Of a stretch of 64,000 nt of DNA, positions 46,991-56,921 are shown piece by piece. The notes beneath the pieces were generated by a model. It was not told the DNA's origin. It ran no database searches and saw nothing but the letters and a program-made list of their open reading frames with translations. This DNA comes from Candidatus Eiseniibacteriota bacterium (GTDB lineage Bacteria; Eisenbacteria; RBG-16-71-46; CAZAMP01): positions 5,920,001-5,984,000 of the forward strand of contig OZ245046.1 in assembly GCA_965224245.1 (NCBI GenBank), in the 5' to 3' direction. Every line of letters begins with the position of its first letter. The stretch's first letter is position 1. The translations under genes were made by a program, and so were the position numbers.

Positions 46991-48031
46991 CTACGCGGAC
47001 GCGCCGCGCTCGCCGTCGTCCTCGGGGTGCAGCTCCTCCACCTCGGGACGCTCGCGCTCGGCCGAGAAGAAGATCACGATCTCGCCGATGAGCCCGGTCG
47101 ACGTCACCTGAACGCCCAGCAGCACCAGCAGCACCCCGAGCAGCAGCAGCGGGCGATCGGCCAGCGCGTTCTGCCCGATCAGGCGGCTGTAGGCCAGGTA
47201 GGCACAGATCACCGCACCCACGATCCCCACCGTCATGCCGATGAGCCCGAAGAAGCGGAGCGGCTTCGACGTGAACCGGGTCAGGAAGAACAGCTGCAGG
47301 ATGTCGAGCAGCCGCCGCGCATAGACGCCCGGTGGGAACACGCGCGCGCTCATGTCCGCCTGCTGCTGGGCGCCGGGGATCTCGGTGATCCGGAAGCCCT
47401 TGCGAGCCGCGAGGATCGGAATGAAGCGGTGGAGATCTCCGTAGAGGTCGAGCTTCCGGGCGGCATCACGGGTGAAGCCGCGCATGCCGCAGCTCATGTC
47501 CTTGAACGTCTGGTCGTAGATGTTTCGGCTCAGCAGGTGGAAGAGCGCGGACTGCAGCCGGTTGACCATCGCGTCACGCCGCGGGTGCCGGTGCGTCAAG
47601 ACGACCTCGTGCCCCTCGTCGAGCTTCTCCAGGACCGCGCCGGTGATTCCCGGGTCGATCTGGAATCGATCGGGGATGGTCAGCACGTAGGCGCCGCGCG
47701 CGTGCTCGAAGGCGTACTGAAGCCCCGCCGCCTCGTCATAGCCGCGCGGCATGCGCAGGATGCGCACCGGAAACTCCGGCTCGTCGATGCGCGCGATGCT
47801 GGCCTCGGCGTTCGCGTCACGGCCGTTCAGCACGTACAGGAACTCGGCCTTGCGGCCCGAGCTCGAGATCTCCTCGCGGTACGCCGCGTGCACGGCGGCC
47901 AGATCGCCGGCGTAGCGACCCGGAGAGCAGACGACGCTCACGTCGATCCGCTCGGCGGCGTCGGTCAATGCCCGCGGCGACTTCGACCCGTCGGGCATGT
48001 TGGTCTCGGCCGACGACGCGGAGGCGCTCAT
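46991..48031 (-). CDS. ArnC/GtrB-like GT2 protein with degenerate catalytic motifs
   Basis: LYGDLHRFIP, KPLRFFG and two C-terminal TM segments, but no DDGS or DxD (LNG.., IPDRFQ instead). Confidence 0.75.
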   Translation of the reverse strand: MSASASSAETNMPDGSKSPRALTDAAERIDVSVVCSPGRYAGDLAAVHAAYREEISSSGRKAEFLYVLNGRDANAEASIARIDEPEFPVRILRMPRGYDEAAGLQYAFEHARGAYVLTIPDRFQIDPGITGAVLEKLDEGHEVVLTHRHPRRDAMVNRLQSALFHLLSRNIYDQTFKDMSCGMRGFTRDAARKLDLYGDLHRFIPILAARKGFRITEIPGAQQQADMSARVFPPGVYARRLLDILQLFFLTRFTSKPLRFFGLIGMTVGIVGAVICAYLAYSRLIGQNALADRPLLLLGVLLVLLGVQVTSTGLIGEIVIFFSAERERPEVEELHPEDDGERGASA

Positions 48032-49023
48032 GATGCCTCCCGATCGTCATGCGGGCGCATCAGCCGCTCGGATGCGGCCAGGACCGTGGACAGGCGCTTC
48101 AGGCTGCGTCGATCGGCTCGCGCCAGCAGCAGCTCGCCCAGCGTGGACAGCGCCATCAGGTGCCCGAAGAGATAGAGGAACATGACGGCGAGCGACGGCG
48201 CGACGATCGACGGCGCGGCGGTCTCGTCGAACCACCGTCCGCTGACCCACAGAAGCGCCGTGATCACGCCGAGCATGAGGAACGGTCCGGCCAGGATGGC
48301 GAACCAGAGGCCGGGATGGCTGGAGAACCGCGTCAGCATCTTGATCACGACCATGTCCGCGAGGACCTTGAACGTGCGCGAGATCCCGTATTTGCTGCGG
48401 CCGTGCACGCGTGCGTGATGCCGTACCACGACCTCGTCGATCCGCGCCCCGGCCATCGACGAGAGCGCCGGAAGAAAGCGATGCATGTCCGAGTAGAGCT
48501 TCACCGACTGGATCACCGACGCGCGATACGCCTTCAGCGAGCACCCGTTGTCGTGGATGTTCACGCCCGTCATCCACGCGATGAGTCGGTTCGCGATCAT
48601 CGACGGGAGCTTCCGGTTGAGAAACGTGTCCTGCCGAGACTTGCGCCAGCCGCAGACGACGTCGAAGCCGCCATTCAGCCGATCGACGAGCATCGGGATG
48701 TCGCGGGGATCGTTCTGCAAGTCGCCGTCCATGCTCACGATCACCTCGCCGCGCGACCGGGCGAAGCCGACGGCCATCGCCTGGGTCTGGCCGGCGTTTC
48801 GCTTCAAGCGGAGCACGCGGACCCGCGGGTCCTCACGTGCCGCCTCGAGCGCCGCGGGCACGGTGCGGTCCCGGCTTCCGTCGTCGATCAGAAGGAGCTC
48901 GTACGTGCGGGACCATCCGTCGAGCGCCGTCCGGACGGCCTCCACCAGCGGGCGCACGTTGTCCTCTTCGTTGTACATCGGGACGACGATGGAGACGTCG
49001 GGTGTCGGTGTCGTGCTGGACAG
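48028..49023 (-). CDS. GT2 polyprenol-phosphate glycosyltransferase (ArnC/GtrB-like), probable CTG start
   Basis: VSIVVPMYNEE, IDDGS.D, MDGDLQNDP, HDNGCSLKAY, MHRFLP, GRSKYG; conserved residues extend upstream of ATG 48978 to CTG 49023, which follows GAGAGG. Confidence 0.9.
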   Translation of the reverse strand: MSSTTPTPDVSIVVPMYNEEDNVRPLVEAVRTALDGWSRTYELLLIDDGSRDRTVPAALEAAREDPRVRVLRLKRNAGQTQAMAVGFARSRGEVIVSMDGDLQNDPRDIPMLVDRLNGGFDVVCGWRKSRQDTFLNRKLPSMIANRLIAWMTGVNIHDNGCSLKAYRASVIQSVKLYSDMHRFLPALSSMAGARIDEVVVRHHARVHGRSKYGISRTFKVLADMVVIKMLTRFSSHPGLWFAILAGPFLMLGVITALLWVSGRWFDETAAPSIVAPSLAVMFLYLFGHLMALSTLGELLLARADRRSLKRLSTVLAASERLMRPHDDREAS

Positions 49024-49253
49024 AGTCGGCCTCTCGGATCGGCGTTGGCGAGACGACGCGCCCGGTCACCCGATTCCGCGGTGGGGCGATCGGGACGAAA
49101 TCGACATGGACCTTCGTGCCACCTTGGGGTAGACGAAGAGTAGCCCGTCGGCTCCAATCCCGTACATCGGTCCGGTGCCGAGCGTTGCCGAGGATTTTCG
49201 GCCTTGCCGCGCGCGAAGGTCACCGGCGAAAGGGGACCGGAGGAGCAGCGAGC

Positions 49254-50075
49254 GTGACCAGAATATTCGCCGATGGGCACGTTCATGTGTACCCCGAATA
49301 TGATCCGCGGTCGTTTGGTCGCGCTGCGGCGGCCAGGGCCGCCGAGTACGGGGGTCCGCTCCTGCTGTGTCTCGCGGATGTTCATGGGGCGAAAGCGTTT
49401 ACGGAGCTGGACGCGACGCTGTGGGAGCCCGCGGGGGAGTCTCGATCCCGGCGCATGCGGTCGGGCGTCGCCGGCGAGTCGACCGCGGGACGGGACGCCC
49501 ACCCCGTGCACGTGGTGTGCGGCCGTCAGCTCGTATCGGCCGAGGGGCTGGAGGTGCTGGCGCTGGCGCTGGACCCCACCGACCCGTTGAACGAGGAGCC
49601 CGCCCGCGAGAGAGGGGCGCGGGATCTGGCCCGGGCCGGCCTCGAGCGGGGCGCGATCGTCGTCCTGCCGTGGGGCGTCGGCAAGTGGATCGGCGCGCGC
49701 GGGCGTCTCGTCGAGCGGCTCGTCGCCGACGCGGATCTTCGGCGGCATCCGAGGTTCTTCCTCGGCGACATCGCGCATCGCATCGGGTCGTGGCCACACC
49801 CCGGCGGAGAGGAGGCCGTGCGCGTCCTGCCCGGGTCCGACGTGCTCCCGTTGCCGGGCGACGAGGCGCGTGTCGCCCGATACGGCTTCTCGATCGACGT
49901 GCGCTGGGATCCCGACCGTCCGGCCGCCGCCCTGCTCGAGGCACTGGAGGAGGGACGCGACGTCGTCCCGGTGGGTCGGCGCGAGCCGCCGTGGCGCGTC
50001 GTTCGCGATCAGCTGCGTTACCGGCGGCACCGCGCCCGCTCGCGCGGCCGGGAACGGAGGCGATCGGGTGCCTGA
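49254..50075 (+). CDS. PHP-like metal-binding hypothetical protein
   Basis: N-terminal DGHVH and C-terminal GSD motifs; GGAGGAG RBS before GTG 49254. Confidence 0.6.
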   Translation: MTRIFADGHVHVYPEYDPRSFGRAAAARAAEYGGPLLLCLADVHGAKAFTELDATLWEPAGESRSRRMRSGVAGESTAGRDAHPVHVVCGRQLVSAEGLEVLALALDPTDPLNEEPARERGARDLARAGLERGAIVVLPWGVGKWIGARGRLVERLVADADLRRHPRFFLGDIAHRIGSWPHPGGEEAVRVLPGSDVLPLPGDEARVARYGFSIDVRWDPDRPAAALLEALEEGRDVVPVGRREPPWRVVRDQLRYRRHRARSRGRERRRSGA

Positions 50076-51471
50076 GCGCGTGGACGTATTGATCGTCGGC
50101 GGTGGCATCCAGGGCGTCACCGCGCTCATCGAGGCGGGGCGCCGCGGACTGTCGGCGTTGCTCGTGGAGCGGGCCGACTTCGGATCGGGCGCGTCGTCGA
50201 ACTCGATGAAGATCGCGCACGGCGGCCTTCGCTACCTCCAGTCGCTGGATCTCGCGCGGAGCACGGAGTCGGTCCGCGAGCGCCGGCGATGGCTCCGGCT
50301 CGCGCCCGACCTCGTGCGCCCGCTCCCGTTCCGCATGGACCTCGGCGGACGGAGCGGCCTCTACCGGCTCGCGTTCCGGATCGGTCTCCGCGCGAACGAC
50401 GTCTTGACCGCCCACCGGAACGACGGCGTCCGTGACGACGCCCGGCTCCCGGACTCTCGCCATCCGATCTGGTACGACGCGTTCGTCACCGATACCGAGC
50501 GGCTGCTCTTCGACGTCCTGTACACGGCCACCACGCGGTTCGGGGATCGCGTCTCCGCCCGGAACTACACGTCGATCGTCGAGACCGAGCGCGCGGCCGG
50601 ACGCGTCGCGGCGGTCCGGCTCGACGACGGCACGCGTGTCGAGACGCCGTGCGTGCTGTCGTGCGTGGGTGCGCATCGGCGCAGCTCGTCCCCGATCCTG
50701 TCGATGAACCTGTGCGTGCCCCGGCTGGAACTGGTGGCCGACGGGGTCGGAATCGGCATGCGGCATCCGACCGACGGGCGAAACGTGTTCGCGGTGCCGT
50801 GGCGGGACGTCACGATCGTGGGCACGATCAACCGGCCGTATCCGTTTCCGCCCGAGGAGCCCTTCCGACTCGAGCCGTCCCGGATCGACGAGGTGCTGGC
50901 CTGGCTCCGACTGGTACACCCCGAGCTCGCCGCGCTCGACCGGCGCGACGTGCGCTTCGTGCATGCGGGCATCCTGCCCGGCGGCGGTCGGGGTGACGAC
51001 CCGTCGGACGATGCGAGCGTGGAGGATGCCGGCGACGGGCGTGTCGAGGTGTCCGGCGTGAAGTGGACGACCGCGTGGGCGGTGTCCGAGCGGGCGTTGG
51101 ATCTCGTGTGTCGCCGGCTGGGACACCGCGGTGCCGCGGATCCGGTGATCGACCTGGTGGACGTGCACGAGGCTCGGCAGGCCGCGGTCGGCCCCGCGGC
51201 CGCGGGGCCCGACGAGGACCCCTCGCCGGCCGATCTGCGCTTCCTGGTCGACTCGCTCTGGGCCCGGACCCTCTCGGACGTGCTCCTCCGGCGGCTGCCC
51301 ATCGCCACCACGGGCCATCCGGGGCGGGCCCGCGTCGAGGCGATCGCGCGCGATCTCGCGGCGTGCCGGGGCTGGTCGGATGCCGCCCGCGAGGCGGAGA
51401 TCGCCGCGTTCGACGCCGAGCCTCGCTTCGCCGGGAACACCGGCGATCCGGCGGCCGCATCGCACCCCTGA
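50068..51471 (+). CDS. FAD-dependent oxidoreductase, glycerol-3-phosphate dehydrogenase (GlpD)-like
   Basis: IVGGGIQG, DFGSGASSNSMKIAHGGLRYL, GVKWTT, LSDVLLRR. Confidence 0.85.
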   Translation: MPERVDVLIVGGGIQGVTALIEAGRRGLSALLVERADFGSGASSNSMKIAHGGLRYLQSLDLARSTESVRERRRWLRLAPDLVRPLPFRMDLGGRSGLYRLAFRIGLRANDVLTAHRNDGVRDDARLPDSRHPIWYDAFVTDTERLLFDVLYTATTRFGDRVSARNYTSIVETERAAGRVAAVRLDDGTRVETPCVLSCVGAHRRSSSPILSMNLCVPRLELVADGVGIGMRHPTDGRNVFAVPWRDVTIVGTINRPYPFPPEEPFRLEPSRIDEVLAWLRLVHPELAALDRRDVRFVHAGILPGGGRGDDPSDDASVEDAGDGRVEVSGVKWTTAWAVSERALDLVCRRLGHRGAADPVIDLVDVHEARQAAVGPAAAGPDEDPSPADLRFLVDSLWARTLSDVLLRRLPIATTGHPGRARVEAIARDLAACRGWSDAAREAEIAAFDAEPRFAGNTGDPAAASHP

Positions 51472-51531
51472 CAACACCCGCGCGCGGTGCGTAGAATGTC
51501 GGGCCGATACTCGAGACCCGAGGAGACCGTC

Positions 51532-52857
51532 ATGTCCGCACCGTCCGTGAGTGCCCACTTCGAGAGCCGAGCGCCGTCGGTCATCCGGCTCGCCCAGATC
51601 CGATTCGCGGCCCGAGACGACGGCACCCGCGCGATCAACGTGGCGATCGGCAACGTCTCGCTGCCGATGCACCCGGCCATGCGCGCGCGGCTGACCGCTG
51701 CGGGGACCCCCGGGCACGCCTTCGCCGACGGACGGGTCATGTACACCGAGACCGTCGGGACCGCCGAGGCCAACCGGGCGGTGCTGAACGTGATCGCGGC
51801 CAGCGGGCTCGACACGCGGTCGCTCCGCACGCAGATCACCGACGGCGGCTCCCAGGCCATGGAGCTCGTGATCGTGGGGCTGTGCGGGCCGGCGGGGTCC
51901 CGCGAGCGTCCGCTCCTGGTCATCGACGCGGCCTACACGAACTACACCGCGTTCGCGGCACGCCTCGGACGTCGGACCGTGTCGATCCGCCGGTCGCTCT
52001 CGCCGTCGGGCAAGTTCTCGCTGCCGCCGCTCGACGAGATCGAGCGGGTGATGGACGACGAGAAGCCCGGCGCGATGGTCGTGATCCCGTACGACAACCC
52101 GACCGGCCACTACTACGATCGAGAGACGATGCTCTCGCTGGCGAGACTGTGCGTGACCCACGACGTCTGGATGGTCAGCGACGAGGCATACCGGGAGCTC
52201 TACTACGTCGGCGGTCCGCCCACGAGCATCTGGAGCATCACCGACGCCGACGTACCCGGGATCGAGGGACGCCGCGTCAGCATCGAGACCACGTCGAAGG
52301 TGTGGAACGCGTGCGGCCTCCGCATCGGCGCATTGGTGACCGACAACCCGACGCTGCACACGCGCGCGGTGGCCGAGAACACGGCCAGCCTGTGTCCGAA
52401 CGCGATCGGTCAGCACATCTTCGGTGCGCTGGCCGAGGAAACGCACGAGGACCTCCAGGCCTGGTTCGCGTCCCAGCGATCGTACTACGCGGACATGCTC
52501 GCGGGCTGCCACGCCGACATGACCGCGGCCGTGCCCGGGATCATCATGTCGAGCCCCGATGCGTCCATCTACTCGGTGGTCGACGTCCGTGACGTCGTCG
52601 ACGATCGCTTCGACGCGCTCGACTTCGTCCTGTACTGCGCCGAGTCGGGTCGCCTCGACGTGGACGGCGTCCCGACGACGCTCCTGACTGCACCCATGGC
52701 GGGGTTCTACTCGGTGCCGCCGGGGACGCCCAACCCGGGGCGCACGCAGATGCGGATCGCGTACGTGGTGCCGCCGGCCGACATGCGCAAGGTGCCGGCG
52801 CTCTTCGCGGGGCTGCTCGAGGCATACCTGGCCAGGCGGGGCCGCGGTACGGCGTAG
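51532..52857 (+). CDS. Class I/II PLP-dependent aminotransferase
   Basis: DNPTG, SDEAY, SKVWNACGLRIG; AGGAG RBS. Confidence 0.9.
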   Translation: MSAPSVSAHFESRAPSVIRLAQIRFAARDDGTRAINVAIGNVSLPMHPAMRARLTAAGTPGHAFADGRVMYTETVGTAEANRAVLNVIAASGLDTRSLRTQITDGGSQAMELVIVGLCGPAGSRERPLLVIDAAYTNYTAFAARLGRRTVSIRRSLSPSGKFSLPPLDEIERVMDDEKPGAMVVIPYDNPTGHYYDRETMLSLARLCVTHDVWMVSDEAYRELYYVGGPPTSIWSITDADVPGIEGRRVSIETTSKVWNACGLRIGALVTDNPTLHTRAVAENTASLCPNAIGQHIFGALAEETHEDLQAWFASQRSYYADMLAGCHADMTAAVPGIIMSSPDASIYSVVDVRDVVDDRFDALDFVLYCAESGRLDVDGVPTTLLTAPMAGFYSVPPGTPNPGRTQMRIAYVVPPADMRKVPALFAGLLEAYLARRGRGTA

Positions 52858-52956
52858 CAACGGCTCCTCCACCGCGTCGGCGCCGTGCTACCATCCCGGG
52901 TCGTAAAGCCAATTTTCTGGTTACGATCGGTAAGCCGATCATGTGAGGAGATCCCG

Positions 52957-53430
52957 ATGATTCCCGTAACCGCGAAGCGAGTCGCGGCGGTCCTGGCCGT
53001 CGGCGCCGGAGTGCTGGTCCATCATGCCTGCGGGGGTGGGAAAGAGGAGCCGCCCGTGGATCTCGGCGAGCCGGAGAGCTACCGCGTCACGCTGATCGTG
53101 CACGACGTCGCCGGCTCGAATCTGTGCGAGAACATCCAGATAGAGGCCAGCGTCACGGGGAGGACCTTCGAGGACGTGCCCTACTCGGCACGCAATGCGT
53201 GCGACGTCGAGTTCGAGGCGTGCGAGTTCTCAAAGGTATGGAGCAGCGTCGAGGTGCCCTCCGGCAGCATGATGACCATCGAGGTGAGAGCCACCGAGGC
53301 GGGCGAGGAGCTCTGGTCTCTCGACGACACCGTCACGCCCACCGCGAACATGACCCTGTGCTACGAGCGTCCCGAATCCGCTCGGGATCTCGGGCACTCG
53401 GGGTGCTGGAACGAGCATGGCTGTCCCTAG
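52957..53430 (+). CDS. Hypothetical lipoprotein
   Basis: GAGGAG RBS; basic + hydrophobic leader ending HHA-C-GGG; Cys-containing beta-rich body. Confidence 0.6.
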   Translation: MIPVTAKRVAAVLAVGAGVLVHHACGGGKEEPPVDLGEPESYRVTLIVHDVAGSNLCENIQIEASVTGRTFEDVPYSARNACDVEFEACEFSKVWSSVEVPSGSMMTIEVRATEAGEELWSLDDTVTPTANMTLCYERPESARDLGHSGCWNEHGCP

Positions 53431-53457
53431 ACGGGGAGTCGTGTGTGTGATCCCCGT

Positions 53458-54285
53458 GTGAACCCGTACCTCGTCGATCTGGGAACGGTCGCCGTGCCCG
53501 GCGTGGGCGAGATCCGTCTCTGTCTGCCGGCCTACGGCACGCTGTTGATGACGGCTCTCCTCGTCGGTCGTTGGTGGTTCCTGCGATCGATCCGGCGTGC
53601 GGGGTTGGATGAGCACCGCGCGCGTCGGATCGTCGTCGCCTCCCTGGTGGCCGCCCTCCTCGGCGCGAAGGTCCAGCCCCTCCTCACGGAGATACCCGCA
53701 CTCACGCGCGATCCCGGATCGCTGGCGTCGCTCGACCATCTCCTGACCGGCGGCTCGGTCTGGGCGGGCGTCGTGACCGGCATCGCCGTCATGGCGTGGC
53801 TTTCCCGCCGGTACGGGCTGGGTGCGCTGCGAGTGCTGGACCTCGCTGCGGTTCCGCTTCCCGTCTGCCAGGCGCTGGGCAGACTCGGTTGTCTCCTCGC
53901 GGGCTGTTGCTACGGAGCGCCCTGCGAGGTTCCCTGGGGGATCACGTACCGGTCGGCGACCGCCCACGCCTTGACCGGAGTGCCGCTCGGCGTTCGCGTT
54001 CACCCGAGCCCCGTCTACGATGCGCTCTGGTCGCTCGGCATCGTGCTTCCCGGGGTGATTCTCGCGCGACGGCTCGGGGGGCGGGCGGGGATCACCACCG
54101 CGGTCTACGTCTCGCTCTACTCGCTCGGACGCCTGCTGCTGGAGACGGTGCGCGGTGATCCGGGGCGTGGAGCGTGGATCGGCATCCTCTCGACGAGCCA
54201 GGTGATCTCGATCGGGGGACTCGCATCGGCAGCCGTGCTCGTCGTGGTGATTCGGAGCTCCCTGGTGTCGCCGGCGAACCGTTGA
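53458..54285 (+). CDS. lgt: Prolipoprotein diacylglyceryl transferase family protein
   Basis: AYG, GRLGCLLAGCCYG, HPSPVY, RLLLETVRGD; multiple TM segments. Confidence 0.88.
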   Translation: MNPYLVDLGTVAVPGVGEIRLCLPAYGTLLMTALLVGRWWFLRSIRRAGLDEHRARRIVVASLVAALLGAKVQPLLTEIPALTRDPGSLASLDHLLTGGSVWAGVVTGIAVMAWLSRRYGLGALRVLDLAAVPLPVCQALGRLGCLLAGCCYGAPCEVPWGITYRSATAHALTGVPLGVRVHPSPVYDALWSLGIVLPGVILARRLGGRAGITTAVYVSLYSLGRLLLETVRGDPGRGAWIGILSTSQVISIGGLASAAVLVVVIRSSLVSPANR

Positions 54286-54435
54286 GGCAACGCGAATCCG
54301 CGCGCACGGTTCTCAGCGCCGAGATGAACGAGACGCTCTCGCGGCGATCCCGTCCTCGTTCGAATGGGTGGGTGATGGCTCTGGAGTATGAGAGGATCCC
54401 GGCGTTGGACCGATTCCATCTCACCGAGGGAGCCA

Positions 54436-55617
54436 ATGTCACTACCGTCCACCCACGCCGCGTCCGGCGTGACGTGGCCGGTCACCACCACCGTGGGGGC
54501 CGGGCTGCGCGGCGCCATCGCGACCACGAGTCGCGTCGCCTGGCTCGACCCGTCGGGGCGGCTCCTCTATCGCGGCGTGCCGATCGAGTCGCTCGTTCAC
54601 GGTCCGAGCTTCGAGGAGATCGCGTTTCTCCTCCTGTGCGGCCGCCGACGCACCGACGACCCGTCCGGATGGTCACGATTTCGCGAGGATCTGCGCGAGA
54701 CGATGGTCATTCCCGATCGCGTCCGCTCGCTGATCATCGCGATGGGGCGGGACGCGGCTCCCCTCGATCGACTGCGCGCCGGCGTCTCCGAGCTCGGCGC
54801 GATCGGCGGCGCCGAGCGTGAGGAGACGTCGTCGCGTCTACTCGGTCGTCTCGCCGCGCTCCTGATCGGGATCGCCGCCGACGAGCGGGGCCTGGGGCTC
54901 CGGATCTCGACCGGCCGTGCCACGATCAGCGAGCGCTTCCTCCACGAGATCCTGGGCGCGCGTCCGGACACGACCGCGCTGGCCGCCCTCGATACGACCC
55001 TGATCGCGTATGCCGACGACGGCCTCGCCCCGCAGACCTTCGCCACGCTGGTCGTGGCCAGCTGCCTCGGCGATCGGTGCTCCGCGCTCGTGGCCGGACT
55101 CAGCGCGGCCAGCGGCTCCCGCGCGTCCGGGGCCGCGGTCACGCTGGCCGAGGCGATCGCCGGCCTGGGCGGCGCCTCCGAGGTCGAGGCGTGGATCGAC
55201 GGAATCCTCGCGCGCGGCGAGCGACTCCCCGGCTTCGGTCACCGGGTCTTCGGCGCGCGCGATCCACGGCTCTCCTTGCTGCGCGGGGCGGCCGAGCGGC
55301 TCGTGGAGCGCGGCGTGACCGCGTTCGATCGCGACGAGGGGCGGCGGATGCTGGACGTCGCGCGCGCCCTCGAGACGGTCGGGACGTCTCGACTGGAGTC
55401 GCGGGGGATCGGCGCGAACGCCCACATCTATGGCGCGCTCGTCCTCTCGCTCCTGGGCGTCCGGCCGCGCGTCATCCCCTTCATGGTCGCGTTCGCGCGC
55501 TTCGCCGGGGCGCTGGCCCGCGTCGACGAGTACCTCTCGCACAACCGGATCTTCCGCCCGCTGGACCGGTACACCGGGCTCGATGCGCGTCCGTTCGCGC
55601 CCCTGGAGGCGCGTTGA
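54436..55617 (+). CDS. Citrate synthase-fold protein lacking catalytic His and Asp
   Basis: G.LLYRG..IE, GFGHRVF...DPR, IFRP..YTG present; YADDG, GSRASGA and NAH replace HADH, GPLHGGA and NVD. Confidence 0.8.
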   Translation: MSLPSTHAASGVTWPVTTTVGAGLRGAIATTSRVAWLDPSGRLLYRGVPIESLVHGPSFEEIAFLLLCGRRRTDDPSGWSRFREDLRETMVIPDRVRSLIIAMGRDAAPLDRLRAGVSELGAIGGAEREETSSRLLGRLAALLIGIAADERGLGLRISTGRATISERFLHEILGARPDTTALAALDTTLIAYADDGLAPQTFATLVVASCLGDRCSALVAGLSAASGSRASGAAVTLAEAIAGLGGASEVEAWIDGILARGERLPGFGHRVFGARDPRLSLLRGAAERLVERGVTAFDRDEGRRMLDVARALETVGTSRLESRGIGANAHIYGALVLSLLGVRPRVIPFMVAFARFAGALARVDEYLSHNRIFRPLDRYTGLDARPFAPLEAR

Positions 55618-56747
55618 GGCCGGGTGACTGGCAGCCCGGCCGCCAGACGTACGAGCGGGGGCTGGCCGATCTCGTGATCGGAGACAGCTCGATCAGCCGC
55701 ATCGACGGCGCGAACGGCCGACTCTGGTATCGCGGTTACGCCATCGAGGACCTGGCCGCGCACGCGAGCTTCGAGGAGGTCAGCTACCTGATCCTCGAGG
55801 GGGAGCTTCCGGACGCGCCGGCGCTCGCCGCATGGCGAGACGAGCTCGCCGGGTGGCGTGAGCTGCCGGAGGAGGCTCTGAAGGCGATCGCCGCGCTGCC
55901 GTTCGGACACGATCCGTTCGATGGGTTCCAGACCGCCATGGCCGTCGCCGCGTCGGTGGCCCCCGAGCGCGACGCGCGCGATCCGGTGGTGCTTCGCCGA
56001 CACGCGGCGCGGATCCTGACCTGGACCGCCGGACTCGCGGCGGCGTGCATTCGGAAGCTCCGCGGCCAGTCGCCGGTGTCGCCACGCGAGGACCTCGACT
56101 ACACATCCCACTTCCTGTGGCTCGCGAACGGACGGGAGCCCGACGACGTCGAGCGGAGCGCGCTCGAGGTGACGATGATCGTGAAGGCCGAGCACGGCGT
56201 TCACGCCGCCGCGCTCACCGCGCTCGTGGTGGCCTCGGCCGGCGCCGATCTCGACAGCGCGGTGCTGGCCGGCATCGGCGCGCTCTCGGGCTCGCTCCAC
56301 GCCGGCGCGAACCGGGCCGCGTACCGCATGGTCCTCGAGCGACGCGATCCAGACGACGCACGGACGTGGGCACGCGCGCGACTGGCCGAGCGGTACCGCT
56401 TTCCGGGCTACGGTCACCGCGTATACAAGAGCCACGACCCGCGGGCGATGCTGATGGCGCCCCACGCCGAGCGACTCCTCGCGCGCGCCGGCCGTGCCGA
56501 CGAGTGGGCGCGTTTCGTCGCCATGCGCGACGAGATCGAGACCGCGCTCGGGCCTCGCGGTATCCGCGGGAACGTGGACGCGCTGACCGGCTTCATCTAC
56601 GAGCCCCTCGGGCTGCCCGAGGAGGCGTTCACGATTCCGTTCTGTCTGGCCATCCAGACCGGCTGGATGGCGCACTGCCTCGAGTACCTCGAGCACCTGG
56701 GGCCGGTGATCGAGCCCACGTCGCTGTACCTCGAGGAGCCCTCCTGA
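55614..56747 (+). CDS. Citrate synthase family protein with intact catalytic triad
   Basis: GRLWYRGY.IEDL, AEHG, GSLHAGAN, GYGHRVYK.HDPR, NVD; TTG start overlapping the upstream stop, GGAGG RBS. Confidence 0.85.
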   Translation: MRPGDWQPGRQTYERGLADLVIGDSSISRIDGANGRLWYRGYAIEDLAAHASFEEVSYLILEGELPDAPALAAWRDELAGWRELPEEALKAIAALPFGHDPFDGFQTAMAVAASVAPERDARDPVVLRRHAARILTWTAGLAAACIRKLRGQSPVSPREDLDYTSHFLWLANGREPDDVERSALEVTMIVKAEHGVHAAALTALVVASAGADLDSAVLAGIGALSGSLHAGANRAAYRMVLERRDPDDARTWARARLAERYRFPGYGHRVYKSHDPRAMLMAPHAERLLARAGRADEWARFVAMRDEIETALGPRGIRGNVDALTGFIYEPLGLPEEAFTIPFCLAIQTGWMAHCLEYLEHLGPVIEPTSLYLEEPS

Positions 56748-56921
56748 CGCCGGACACCCTCGCGGTCGTACGGTCCTGCCTTCCTCGCCACCGCCTCCCG
56801 ATCGAGCCGGGTACGTAGAACCCACGACTGCGCCGGGTGCGATCACACCCGTATCCTCGGCTCGGGAATCTGTCCGAACGCAAACCGTCCGTACGTGGAG
56901 GATCAGGACAAGGAGAGACCC

